A DNA stretch of 64,000 nt from an uncultured Eubacteriales bacterium (lineage in GTDB: Bacteria; Acidobacteriota; Aminicenantia; Aminicenantales; Aminicenantaceae). Of this stretch, positions 1-8,382 are shown piece after piece. The notes under the pieces were generated by a model. It was not told the origin of the DNA. It saw nothing but the letters and a program-made list of their open reading frames with translations, and ran no database searches. Position 1 is the stretch's first letter; the number at the start of each line of letters is the position of its first letter. Location of the stretch: positions 23,431-87,430 of the forward strand of contig CAYSCW010000002.1 in assembly GCA_964429795.1 (NCBI GenBank), given 5' to 3'. A program made the position numbers and the translations under genes.

Positions 1-577
1 AATAAATTTTACAGCCAAAATAGCCAATCTTCTTTATTGTGCCATCATCTCCGACACTGGCTCTTTCCAGTTTTCCAACACCAGCGCTCGTTCCTTTGAG
101 GTGTGTCATAAATTGGTTAAACATGGGGCCAATCCTATTGAAGTCTCTGAACGCCTGTTCAACAATAATTCTGCGGAAAAAATCAAGCTCTTGGGCCAAG
201 TCCTCTCCACTCTCCAGATGAACAAGAAGGGAAACATCGCCATCATCACTATGTTCAAGAAACATCTCGAATCTTTTGACTTGAGGGAAATTGATACAGA
301 GGATATCACCACTCTCGCTCGATCGATAAAAGGAGTGGAGATAGTTCTTTTTCTCAAAGAGATAAAACAGGACACATTTCGAGTCAGCCTCAGGTCGAGG
401 GGCAGAGCGAACGCCGCCTCTATCGGGGAATACTTTGGTGGAGGGGGTCATTATCATGCTGCCGGATTTCCCGCTCAAGGGAAATATGAGACTTTGCTGA
501 AGGAAATTCCTGAGACAGTAGAAAGACTACTGGAAAAACAATCAGAAGAAGGTCCAAAAAAGACACAGGTTTATTGA
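1..577 (+). CDS. nrnA: NrnA-type DHH/DHHA1 phosphoesterase (bifunctional oligoribonuclease/pAp phosphatase), 5' partial (continues upstream of window)
   Basis: Frame 2 reads open from position 2: ...INFTAKIANLLYCAIISDTGSFQFSNTSARSFEV..., typical DHH-family sequence. The C-terminal DHHA1 domain has GGGGHYHAAG. The stop overlaps the truB start as ATGA. The rbfA/nrnA/truB neighbourhood is classical. Confidence 0.85.
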   Translation, partial: INFTAKIANLLYCAIISDTGSFQFSNTSARSFEVCHKLVKHGANPIEVSERLFNNNSAEKIKLLGQVLSTLQMNKKGNIAIITMFKKHLESFDLREIDTEDITTLARSIKGVEIVLFLKEIKQDTFRVSLRSRGRANAASIGEYFGGGGHYHAAGFPAQGKYETLLKEIPETVERLLEKQSEEGPKKTQVY

Positions 578-1506
578 CTGTGATTATAGACGGCCTCCTC
601 CTGGTGGACAAGCCTCCATGTGTCACGTCTCATCACGTTGTCCTCGAGATAAGAAAGATTATCCGCACCAAAAAAGTAGGTCACTACGGAACTTTAGACC
701 CTATGGCAACAGGTCTTCTGGTAGTGGCAGTGGGCAAGGCGACTAGACTTTTCCCTTTCTTTTCCAAAGCGGATAAAGTCTACCAAGGTCAGATAAGATT
801 GGGTTATTCCACCGACACCTACGATTCTCAGGGTGAGCCTGTCTCACAAGAAAAAGAGGATTTTCCCTCTAAGCAGAGATTGGTTAAAGTGATGAAAAAA
901 TTCCAAGGAGAAATCGATCAGATACCCCCTCCTTTTTCGGCTAAAAAATACAAGGGGAAACCTCTCTATGTCCTTGCCCGCAAGAAAGAAGAATTCAAGC
1001 TGACATCAAGCAAGGTTTTTGTTCATTTCTTCGATTTGACTTCCTATAATCCCCCGTTTCTGCATTTTGCTGTCAAATGTTCTTCCGGAACCTATGTTCG
1101 ATCACTGGCCCATAATCTGGGCCAAGCTCTAGAATGTGGGGCACATCTTTCCCATCTCACCCGGACAAAAGTCGGTGATTTCGACTTGGATCAGGCTTAT
1201 TCTCTGGAGGATATGAAAAGACTTGTCAAGGGAGGAAAAACAGAGGGAGTCCTTTTCCCCTTGGAAACCCTCCTTCCCCAGTTTCCCAAGGTTATTCTCA
1301 ATGAGAGTGGGACCGCTCTAGTCAGAAATGGGAATCTTATTTTTCCAGAAGATATTTTGAGCATATTCCCTCAGGACAACTCGCTTCTTGTCCCTACCCA
1401 AGAGCATATTTTTAAACTGTTCAACAAGGAAGGGAAGTTGCTGGCCTTTGGAAGAAAAGATATCCAGAGAGGCAGTATTCATCCTTTCCTGGTTATTGGC
1501 TCTTAG
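574..1506 (+). CDS. truB: tRNA pseudouridine(55) synthase TruB
   Basis: N-terminal motif LLVDKPPCVTSHHVV...VGHYGTLDPMATGLLVVAVGKATRL (catalytic Asp in GTLDP). 310 aa with a C-terminal PUA-like extension. The start overlaps the nrnA stop. Confidence 0.93.
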   Translation: MTVIIDGLLLVDKPPCVTSHHVVLEIRKIIRTKKVGHYGTLDPMATGLLVVAVGKATRLFPFFSKADKVYQGQIRLGYSTDTYDSQGEPVSQEKEDFPSKQRLVKVMKKFQGEIDQIPPPFSAKKYKGKPLYVLARKKEEFKLTSSKVFVHFFDLTSYNPPFLHFAVKCSSGTYVRSLAHNLGQALECGAHLSHLTRTKVGDFDLDQAYSLEDMKRLVKGGKTEGVLFPLETLLPQFPKVILNESGTALVRNGNLIFPEDILSIFPQDNSLLVPTQEHIFKLFNKEGKLLAFGRKDIQRGSIHPFLVIGS

Positions 1507-1531
1507 GAAGGGAAGCTGTGCAATAGAGACC

Positions 1532-3004
1532 ATGGAAAAAAAGGAGCTCTTTGCATCCCGTTGGGGGATTATCTTTGCCGGAATGGGAATGGCTGTGGGG
1601 ACAGGGAATATATGGCGTTTCCCCCGGATCGTCTCCCAGCAAGGAGGTGGAGCCTTCATGATCGCCTGGCTCCTTTTTCTTTTGTTGTGGTCAATTCCTC
1701 TTCTCATCATCGAGATCTCCTTGGGCAAGAAGACCAGGCTAGGAGTGATTGGGTCCTTCGGCAAGGTCATGGGTCCTGGATTCTCCTGGATGGGGACTTT
1801 TGTTGCCTTTGTCACTACTGCAATCATGTTTTACTATTCGGTGGTTACAGGGTGGTGTTTGAAATACTTTTTTGCCGCCTCATTTCAAGGATTGATCAAG
1901 AAGAACTATGCCCTTTTTTGGAATTCCTTTACTTCCTCTTGGGAGCCTGTGATTTTCCATCTTGCGGCTATCGGAATAGGGTCCTTCATCATCTACTCAG
2001 GGGTGGTGAAAGGCATCGAAAGAGCGAATAAAATACTCATCCCTTCTCTGTTTCTTCTTCTGATTGTAGCCTGCCTGCGCACACTGACTCTTCCCCATGC
2101 TTTTGAAGGGCTAAATTTTCTCTTCTCCCCCAATCTTTCTCGCCTAGCCGACCACAAAGTTTGGTTAAATGCACTGACTCAATCGGCTTGGTCCACGGGA
2201 GCTGGCTGGGGCCTGATTCTCACCTATGCCGTCTATTCACATAAAAAAGAAAATCCTGTCCTTACATCTGCAACTATAGGTTTTGGAAACAATGTGGCCT
2301 CGCTGTTGGCAGCCATGGCCGTCATCCCCACTGTTTTTTCGTTCTTTTCTGCCCAGAATCTCTCTCAGGAGAAGGTTCTGGAAGTGATGAAGGCGGATAA
2401 CCAAGGCCTGACTTTTATCTGGATTCCCAATCTGTTTTCGAAAATTCCTGCTGGCTCCTTTTTCCTCGCCCTCTTTTTCCTGGCTCTTTCTTTTGCTGCT
2501 TTTTCATCCCTTATTTCTATGCTAGAACTGGACACCCGTATTCTCATGGATGCTGGACTTCCCAGGAGGAAAGCCGTCTTTGTGGTTGGTGCAGCCGGCT
2601 TCCTCTTCGGCTTGCCTTCAGCTCTGAGTATGGGATTTTTTGACAATCAAGATTGGGTTTGGTCGTTTGGCCTGATGGTCAGTGGCTTTTTCTTCATTCT
2701 TGTTTTTCTTAAGTACGGTCCGAGGAATTTCCGTGAGAAAATCATCTCATCACCTGAGACTAAAGTGAAATTGGGAAGATGGTTTGATTTTGCGGTCTCT
2801 ATCCTGCTCCCTCTTCAGTTTCTGGCTATGATAGGCTGGTGGTTTTGGAAAAGTTATACCGAAGATCCTCACACTTGGTATAAGGTATTTTCTCCTTTTT
2901 CCTTGGGGACCATATTTTTTCAATGGATCATCGCCCTCGGATTATTCATTTTCTTGAACAAGGTTATCAATAAAAAGGTATTGGGGAACGGAAATGACAC
3001 TTGA
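1532..3004 (+). CDS. Sodium-dependent transporter, neurotransmitter:sodium symporter (NSS/SNF) family
   Basis: MEKKELFASRWGIIFAGMGMAVGTGNIWRFP is the NSS signature, and the protein is multi-pass hydrophobic throughout. The track ORF (from 1388) overlaps the truB 3' end. The ATG at 1532 follows the truB stop and is preceded by GGAAGGGAAG. Confidence 0.88.
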   Translation: MEKKELFASRWGIIFAGMGMAVGTGNIWRFPRIVSQQGGGAFMIAWLLFLLLWSIPLLIIEISLGKKTRLGVIGSFGKVMGPGFSWMGTFVAFVTTAIMFYYSVVTGWCLKYFFAASFQGLIKKNYALFWNSFTSSWEPVIFHLAAIGIGSFIIYSGVVKGIERANKILIPSLFLLLIVACLRTLTLPHAFEGLNFLFSPNLSRLADHKVWLNALTQSAWSTGAGWGLILTYAVYSHKKENPVLTSATIGFGNNVASLLAAMAVIPTVFSFFSAQNLSQEKVLEVMKADNQGLTFIWIPNLFSKIPAGSFFLALFFLALSFAAFSSLISMLELDTRILMDAGLPRRKAVFVVGAAGFLFGLPSALSMGFFDNQDWVWSFGLMVSGFFFILVFLKYGPRNFREKIISSPETKVKLGRWFDFAVSILLPLQFLAMIGWWFWKSYTEDPHTWYKVFSPFSLGTIFFQWIIALGLFIFLNKVINKKVLGNGNDT

Positions 3005-3089
3005 GGCTCTTCTCTTTATGATTTTTATCTTCGCCGTGTGTGTGGGCGGCTTTGTCTTTACCCTCTATCTTTCCTACAAAAATAAATAA
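2994..3089 (+). CDS. 31-codon single-TM micro-protein overlapping the 3' end of the NSS transporter gene (MetS-like small subunit candidate)
   Basis: ATG at 2994 in the +1 frame relative to the transporter, overlapping its last 11 nt. It encodes MTLEALLFMIFIFAVCVGGFVFTLYLSYKNK then stop at 3087-3089, a single hydrophobic helix with a basic C-terminus. This arrangement is known for NSS transporters with a small auxiliary subunit. It is absent from the ORF track because it is under 60 aa. Confidence 0.4.
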   Translation: MTLEALLFMIFIFAVCVGGFVFTLYLSYKNK

Positions 3090-3114
3090 TCCGCAAGGCC
3101 AGTCGCTCTTGGGT

Positions 3115-3172
3115 GATGCTGGAGGGGAACCGGCGCTATGACTGATTATATCTCTCATTTAGCTATCACCTG
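3115..3172. repeat. Partial copy (R0) of the mosaic intergenic repeat family: module E (GGAGGGGAACCGGCG) plus inverted, truncated module A
   Basis: 3120-3137 tggaggggaaccggcgcta matches 55407-55424. 3151-3170 tctctcatttagctatcacc matches the reverse complement of the module A consensus (ccctcatcattagctatcacggaaat) with a deletion. Confidence 0.45.
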
Positions 3173-3241
3173 AAAGGAGGCACTTCTCCTCTTTAATCAA
3201 TCCTTGAATTTTGGGGGATTGTATTGTATTTTAGATATGCT

Positions 3242-3520
3242 ATGAGATTGAACAGGAATCAGATCGAACACATGGCTTTCCTCATCGTCCGTAACCTGAT
3301 CAAAACCGAGAAAATAATCGCAGACAACAAGAACAAGCTTGTCGATGATGTGACCAATCTCATAACTGAGGAATTTCAGAAGGAGGACAAGTTAGATCAG
3401 GAAGTCAGAGAAATCCTCAGCAAGCATATGGAAAAAATCCGTAAGGAGAACATCGAATACCAGACCATGTTCCGGATGATCAAATCCAAACTGGCAAAAG
3501 AAAGGGATGTCGTGCTGTGA
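3242..3520 (+). CDS. DUF507-family protein, N-terminal half (split or frameshifted relative to typical ~185-aa DUF507 proteins)
   Basis: MRLNRNQIEHMAFLIVRNLIKTEKII... The track ORF starts at TTG 3224 and the first ATG is at 3242. It ends VL* with the stop overlapping a GTG at 3517. Confidence 0.55.
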   Translation: MRLNRNQIEHMAFLIVRNLIKTEKIIADNKNKLVDDVTNLITEEFQKEDKLDQEVREILSKHMEKIRKENIEYQTMFRMIKSKLAKERDVVL

Positions 3521-3807
3521 GTATTCGTCTGAGTCGAGAAAAAATCAATTACCTTTCCCGTCAAATCCTCGATGCCCTTTTTAACGATGATCAAGTCGAA
3601 TTCCTGGATGAGTCCAATGAAATCAGGCTCTCCATCGTGAAGAGCATTGAGGATGAGATGAAGCTTTATGGACTTCTGGATAAAAAAGCCATAGACAAAA
3701 TCAACGCCCAGAAAAAGTCCATCAAAGAGGGAAGCCGAGAGTGGGAAATTCTCTACCGAAAATATTACAATGACGAAATCTCCAAACTCGGTAAGTTTAT
3801 CGAATAA
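3517..3807 (+). CDS. DUF507-family protein, C-terminal half (GTG start, 4-nt overlap with upstream half)
   Basis: MSIRLSREKINYLSRQILDALFNDDQVEFLDESNEIRLSIVKSIEDEM... There is no ATG until residue 48. The two ORFs together are about 189 aa, the usual DUF507 length. Confidence 0.55.
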   Translation: MSIRLSREKINYLSRQILDALFNDDQVEFLDESNEIRLSIVKSIEDEMKLYGLLDKKAIDKINAQKKSIKEGSREWEILYRKYYNDEISKLGKFIE

Positions 3808-3820
3808 AATTCATCTCTCC

Positions 3821-3851
3821 TCTGAAGACAAACCCTGGATCGAAATCCAGG
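3821..3851 (-). terminator. Candidate intrinsic terminator for rmlD (hairpin CCTGGAT-cgaa-ATCCAGG then U-rich GUUUGUCUUC on the minus strand)
   Basis: 7-bp perfect stem at 3834-3840/3845-3851. Read on the minus strand it is followed by gtttgtcttc. It lies 120 nt downstream of the rmlD stop, in a convergent intergenic region. Confidence 0.3.
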
Positions 3852-3976
3852 AAAGAGTCCGTTATTCCGAGACAGATTAGAAAAGATCAAAGCTTGAATG
3901 GAAAAGAGTGGTTCTGGAATTCAACCAGAGCACAATCCGTAGCTGAAAAAGTCAAAAGGAAGCTTTTTCCTCTACC

Positions 3977-4837
3977 CTACTTAATGTATCCCTTCGCAAT
4001 GAGATAATTCTTAAGGGCAACTTTCCAGTGAGAAAAACTGCTCAAACCTATCTCTTTTGCTCTTTTATTCTCCAAGACAGAATAAGAGGGTCTCAAGGCC
4101 TTGGCTCCATAGGTTTTTGTATTCACAGGAAAAATCTTTGTCTTTTTCCCCATCAGGGCAAAGATGGTCTGGGCAAATTCAAACCAAGTGCACTGGCCTT
4201 CATTGGTCAAATGGTACAGACCAAAACGCTCTGATCGGATAAGCTCTCCGATACGCGGGGCAAGTTCTGCCGTGGATGTGGGTGTGACCCACTGGTCATT
4301 GACTACTCTTAATGGTTTTCCTTCTTTTTCTAAGGCTATCATCACATCTACAAAGTTTGTGCCTTTTCCCCAGCAGCCGGCTATTCCGTAGAGTCCACAA
4401 GTGCGGATAAGATAGAATTTTTCTAAGATGTTGCAGACGAAATATTCTCCGGCCAGCTTGGAGCAGGCATAGACGCTCAAAGGATTGGGCGGGTCCCCTT
4501 CGATGTAAGGACTTTTTTTCATCCCATCAAAGACATAATCTGTACTGAAATGGACAAGGGTGATATCAAAATCCCGACAGATCAGTGCCAATTCCCTCAC
4601 AGCTATAGAATTTACCAAGAATGATTCCTGGGGATTGTCCTCGCATTCGTCAACACGGTGATAGGCAGAGGTGTTGATCACCAATTCAGGTTGGATTTTG
4701 GAGAGCGTGTCTTTTGCTTTCTCTGGCTTGGTGACATCGAATTCAGGATAATAGAGAGGCAGCAGCTGGTCATCCCTAAGGAATTTCATCAGGTCTGAGC
4801 CCAGCTGGCCATCTGCTCCGATGACGGCGATCTTCAT
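3977..4837 (-). CDS. rmlD: dTDP-4-dehydrorhamnose reductase
   Basis: MKIAVIGADGQLGSDL (Rossmann fold), ...SAYHRVDECEDNPQESFLVNSIAVRELALICRD...LVHFSTDYVFDG..., an RmlD-family signature. 286 aa. Confidence 0.9.
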   Translation of the reverse strand: MKIAVIGADGQLGSDLMKFLRDDQLLPLYYPEFDVTKPEKAKDTLSKIQPELVINTSAYHRVDECEDNPQESFLVNSIAVRELALICRDFDITLVHFSTDYVFDGMKKSPYIEGDPPNPLSVYACSKLAGEYFVCNILEKFYLIRTCGLYGIAGCWGKGTNFVDVMIALEKEGKPLRVVNDQWVTPTSTAELAPRIGELIRSERFGLYHLTNEGQCTWFEFAQTIFALMGKKTKIFPVNTKTYGAKALRPSYSVLENKRAKEIGLSSFSHWKVALKNYLIAKGYIK

Positions 4838-4903
4838 TTTTCCAGGATGATCCTTCTCTCAGGAATAAGGAATGAATATGATCGTGATCTGAAAGTAGTA
4901 TTA

Positions 4904-4936
4904 AGGCCAGGGATTTTTCCCTGGCCTTATTTTTTG
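4904..4936. terminator. Strong hairpin with T-tract (AGGCCAGGG-attttt-CCCTGGCCT + TATTTTTTG) between two minus-strand genes
   Basis: 9-bp perfect GC-rich stem at 4904-4912/4919-4927. The canonical U-tract is on the plus-strand reading. On the minus strand, downstream of the OMP gene stop at 4961, the hairpin is preceded by an A-tract and followed by UUAAUACUAC. It is likely bidirectional or an insulator between the OMP gene and rmlD. Confidence 0.5.
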
Positions 4937-4960
4937 TCCATAAAAGACGATGTCTGCTTC

Positions 4961-6415
4961 TTAGAAGAGAAATCTGAATCCAAGCATCAGTTTGTGGTGC
5001 TTGGAGAATTTCCGCCCTTCTCCAACAGGAGCTCTGACCTCGAAGAAAAGAGAGCCCGTGCTGGTACGGGTACTGAGGACATCCAAACCAAAGTTACCGA
5101 TGAGATCAGCATCTGAATTTCTATTTTCTTTGACTTTGGTGGTGAATCCTGCTCCGGCTCCGAAAAAGGCAGGTCCAGAGTGAACATTCAACAGAATATT
5201 GGCCATAAAAATGGACTTCCAAGGATCTCCTTTCAATGCAGCAGCACCACCGCCAGAGATGACGAAGGACAGCGTATCAGGGATAATTTTATAGAGCAGG
5301 CCTATCCGCCCCGCCAGATAAGGGCCATACGAGCCTCTTGAAAAGAAAGGTCCTCCCTCAGCCAGAACAAACAATCTCTTCTGGGTCACTTCAAGATCCA
5401 CTCGGCAGGGTTGAGAAACTGCCCCAAAATCATCGGTGACAATCAATGTGATGGTGTAGAGACCTGGAACATCAAAGATCTTCTCCCAGGTAAAAGGAGT
5501 TTCTGAATCGGAGTATCTGTCGACGACATTTCCTTCTTGGTCACTAATTTCGAAATCAGCTTTGACCACTTGTCCATCAGGATCTGTGGATTCGGAGGCA
5601 TCTATGGTGATGGGATATCTTACATAATTCTCACAAGGAAGACAGGAAGTCCAGAGTTTGCATGTAGGAGGGACGTTGATGTATGTTTTTGCCTCGCATG
5701 GATTCGTTGATGGCTTATCCTCAAAATTGATTGCTTTTCCTTTAAATGTGTATTCGCCTGGTTTATCAAATTTGGTCTGCCATTTTGCCGAATCAGGGGT
5801 GAGAGTTTGAGTGGCCATTTTTGTTCCGTCCGGTCCGAAGACCTCGACTTCCATGGATTTTGCGTGTTGGGTGCCACTCATATCCACGGAAATGGGATCG
5901 TTGATGTTGGCCTTGGCAGGCTCAACTTTGATATCACAGATGGCCTCTGGAACGATTTCCTCAATTTTGCGAAGGGCAATATTGCCACAAGGCTTGGGCA
6001 TGATGAATTCATAGTGCTTGAAATCTTTCACGACTGTAAAAGAGAAGACAGGTAAAGGCTCTTTGCCTGCCCATTCGATATCTTCGACCACTTTGACTTT
6101 TCCCCGGGAACGAAAGAGCATCCACATCAATTTATCCCCTATGAGCAGTTCTTTATCCTCGAAAGATGCTGCTTTTATCTGGTCAAGAAAGGGAAGGAAA
6201 AGATCACCATAACCAACCATATCAAAACCATACTTGATATCCCCTGTGTAGCGATCGATAAGTATTTTCATCACTTCGGCAGTGGGAACTTCTCCTTTGA
6301 TTCGAACAAAAGTATAACGTCCGATTCTTCTCAGTTTCTTCGTCTCAGCGTAAGAATTCAAAGAGAGAAGAACGAGAAGCCCGATGACGAGGAAGACTAC
6401 CTTTTTGCTTTTCAT
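4961..6415 (-). CDS. Secreted outer-membrane protein with internal PKD-like domain and C-terminal beta-barrel (ends ...LMLGFRFLF)
   Basis: N-terminal signal peptide MKSKKVVFLVIGLLVLLSLNSYA. The PKD-like segment is ITIDASESTDPDGQVVKADFEISD...PGLYTITLIVTDDFGAVS. The C-terminal ~140 aa is Gly/aromatic-rich with alternating hydrophobic residues and a terminal Phe, as in OMP barrels. Confidence 0.75.
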   Translation of the reverse strand: MKSKKVVFLVIGLLVLLSLNSYAETKKLRRIGRYTFVRIKGEVPTAEVMKILIDRYTGDIKYGFDMVGYGDLFLPFLDQIKAASFEDKELLIGDKLMWMLFRSRGKVKVVEDIEWAGKEPLPVFSFTVVKDFKHYEFIMPKPCGNIALRKIEEIVPEAICDIKVEPAKANINDPISVDMSGTQHAKSMEVEVFGPDGTKMATQTLTPDSAKWQTKFDKPGEYTFKGKAINFEDKPSTNPCEAKTYINVPPTCKLWTSCLPCENYVRYPITIDASESTDPDGQVVKADFEISDQEGNVVDRYSDSETPFTWEKIFDVPGLYTITLIVTDDFGAVSQPCRVDLEVTQKRLFVLAEGGPFFSRGSYGPYLAGRIGLLYKIIPDTLSFVISGGGAAALKGDPWKSIFMANILLNVHSGPAFFGAGAGFTTKVKENRNSDADLIGNFGLDVLSTRTSTGSLFFEVRAPVGEGRKFSKHHKLMLGFRFLF

Positions 6416-6537
6416 AAAAGCCTCCTTTTCGCTATGATAATGTAATCACTAGGTTTATTCTTAACATAGATTAGAAATAATAATATATTTTGTCAAGGAA
6501 AAAATCAAGATCATTGTTGGGGAAAAAGCGATTCTCT

Positions 6538-6562
6538 CTTCCCTGATCACGGAAATGGAAAT
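6538..6562. repeat. Possible degenerate fragment of repeat module A (inverted) in the ACT/OMP divergent promoter region
   Basis: tccctgatcacggaaatgg matches tccctcgtcattagctatcacggaaat (52690-52716) with an internal deletion. It is short and could be chance. Confidence 0.25.
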
Positions 6563-6638
6563 GCTATCCCACCTTCTTTTTTTCTTTGTGTTTGAATCCC
6601 GTGTTTTGGTATAATTCTGGTTTAATAAGGAGGAAAAA

Positions 6639-7034
6639 GTGCATAACGTATGGGAAGATATCGAACTTCACGTGACTACACCAAATGAGCCAGGTATCAT
6701 GGGGCGAGTCTTGGGAACCTTGGCTAACGCTGGGGTAAATCTGAAAGCTCTCTGCATTTATTCTGAGGAGAATAAGGGGGTGTTTTTGCTTGTTACCTCT
6801 GACAATAAGAAAGCGGAGAAATCTCTAAAGGCCTTGAAGTATAAAGTAAAATCCAGAAAAGTGGTTGCGGTCAAAATCGATGACAGAATTGGGGCTGGGG
6901 CAGAAATTGGTGCCCTTCTTGGAAATGCAGCTATAGACATCGAGTACTGTTACGGAACCTCAGCCGAAACAGGAAAGGCGATTCTTGTTCTCAACACCAA
7001 CAAAAACAAGAAGGCAATTGAAACCCTCCGCTGA
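6639..7034 (+). CDS. ACT-domain protein (tandem ACT-like halves)
   Basis: GTG start at 6639, 4 nt after AAGGAGG. EPGIMGRVLGTLANAGVNLKAL...LVTSD and IGAGAEIGALLGNAAIDIEYCYGTS are characteristic ACT regulatory-domain patterns. Confidence 0.75.
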   Translation: MHNVWEDIELHVTTPNEPGIMGRVLGTLANAGVNLKALCIYSEENKGVFLLVTSDNKKAEKSLKALKYKVKSRKVVAVKIDDRIGAGAEIGALLGNAAIDIEYCYGTSAETGKAILVLNTNKNKKAIETLR

Positions 7035-7117
7035 ACCCATAATTGTAGTTCAGAGCTCAATCCGGTCTATCGGGTCAGCCTCTAAAATGGATAGCATAAT
7101 TTTTTTCTTCTTCTGAG

Positions 7118-8326
7118 ATGTCGGCAACATTGAACCCTCCGTTCGTAGAAGGGCTTGTGCCCCAGAGCCTGGAGAAGGAAAAACGGCATGTTCTACTTAG
7201 AACCATACGAAATTGGAGGGAAAATCTGGCCAATGATGATCCAGGACAACCTTCTGTTATCCTTTATTCGTTGGGAAACTTGAGTGATAAAGTCACCCTT
7301 ATAGCCATCTCCCTTTGTGCATCTTTGGGTATTTGGATTCCTCAGATTTCAATACCCTCCCCTAAAAAGCACGCTCTGGCCGATTCTATCAGTCTGATTT
7401 TTGGAGCGAAAAACTTTTTATCTCCAGACCAGATAAAGGCTCAACTCATTGCCCTGAAGGGAGCAATGTTTTCAGTGCCGGAGCCCCTCTTTTCCTCAAA
7501 AAAAGCATGGGAATTTTCTCCTTTAAAGTCAACATCAAATCAATTGTTCAATTTAGAGGAATGGATTAGGTATGTCGTGACGCTTGTATACTTGAGTGGA
7601 GCAAAAAGTGTTGTGTTTGATATCCGAGTGAATGGGAATTTTATTGTTCAAAATCAAAGAGAAGGGCGGGATTTTGCCCGCCGCATAAGGAATGGCTGTA
7701 AACAGTGTGGCATTCACTCTTCTTACATCCTGGGCAACACCAACCATTTTATAGGACAAGCCGCAGGAGAATATCTGGAAATCAAGGAAGCCCTGGAGGT
7801 GCTCAGGGGAAGAGGTCCTCTGGATTTAACAAAAGTGGCCATGGAGGTCGCTTCTGAAATGGTGCGCCTGGCCTATCCTCTCTCTCAGAGAACGGAGATT
7901 AAAAAGTCTTTAAAAAACAAGATTGATGAAGGAAAAGCCCTGGAAATATTCAAAGAAATGATCATCTTTCAGGGGGGAAATCCACTTTATATGGATGATA
8001 TCGCTCTGTTTCCTAAAGTAAAAAAGAGTCTACCCATTTTATCTGAGAAAGAAGGCTTCCTCCATAATCTGGATGAGAACAAACTTATATACCTCCGGTC
8101 TGAATTGGATGTTAGGCCTGGGAATCTGGGAACCGGATTTACCATTTTAAAGAAAAGAGGAGACCGGATAAAACAGGGAGATCTCTTGGCCGAAATTTTC
8201 CATGATGGGATCAGGAATGTTTCCGCTCTGAATAGCCATTTTAAGGATCTTTTTGTGATCGATACAACACCGCCACCCTTTCAGCCTCTGATCATCGAAA
8301 AAATCAGAGAAGAAGAACTTTCTTGA
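7118..8326 (+). CDS. Thymidine/pyrimidine-nucleoside phosphorylase-like protein, N-terminally shortened and with the conserved phosphate-binding motifs degenerate (probable non-catalytic homolog)
   Basis: YSLGNLSDKVTLIAISLCASLGIWIPQIS aligns to the TP motif HSTGGVGDxTTLVLAPLVAAxGVPVAKMS with the Gly and His replaced. HALADSISLIFGAKNF aligns to HTGGTIDKLESIEGF. The C-terminal half (VVFDIRVNGNF..., ALEVLRGRGPLDL, ALEIFKEMIIFQGGNP, PGNLGTGFTILKKRGDRIKQGDLLAEI) is clearly TP-like. Confidence 0.65.
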   Translation: MSATLNPPFVEGLVPQSLEKEKRHVLLRTIRNWRENLANDDPGQPSVILYSLGNLSDKVTLIAISLCASLGIWIPQISIPSPKKHALADSISLIFGAKNFLSPDQIKAQLIALKGAMFSVPEPLFSSKKAWEFSPLKSTSNQLFNLEEWIRYVVTLVYLSGAKSVVFDIRVNGNFIVQNQREGRDFARRIRNGCKQCGIHSSYILGNTNHFIGQAAGEYLEIKEALEVLRGRGPLDLTKVAMEVASEMVRLAYPLSQRTEIKKSLKNKIDEGKALEIFKEMIIFQGGNPLYMDDIALFPKVKKSLPILSEKEGFLHNLDENKLIYLRSELDVRPGNLGTGFTILKKRGDRIKQGDLLAEIFHDGIRNVSALNSHFKDLFVIDTTPPPFQPLIIEKIREEELS

Positions 8327-8382
8327 TTTTTTTCAGAAAAAATTTGCATAATTTCCTATAAAAAATAAAATAAAGTCAACCT

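Noticed and set aside
1388-1531. Upstream extension of the NSS transporter ORF overlapping the truB 3' end
   Set aside because: The extension overlaps truB by 119 nt and encodes low-complexity sequence. The NSS N-terminal signature begins right after the ATG at 1532, which follows the truB stop.
1318-1827. 169-aa antisense ORF opposite truB/NSS, plus many other 60-200-aa ORFs antisense to ileS, acnB, tldD, EF-G and others (for example 50194..50589, 36062..36679, 39820..40668, 45360..45785)
   Set aside because: They are fully embedded in or antisense to long, well-supported genes with clear homology. They have no independent signals and are typical of GC-balanced genomes.
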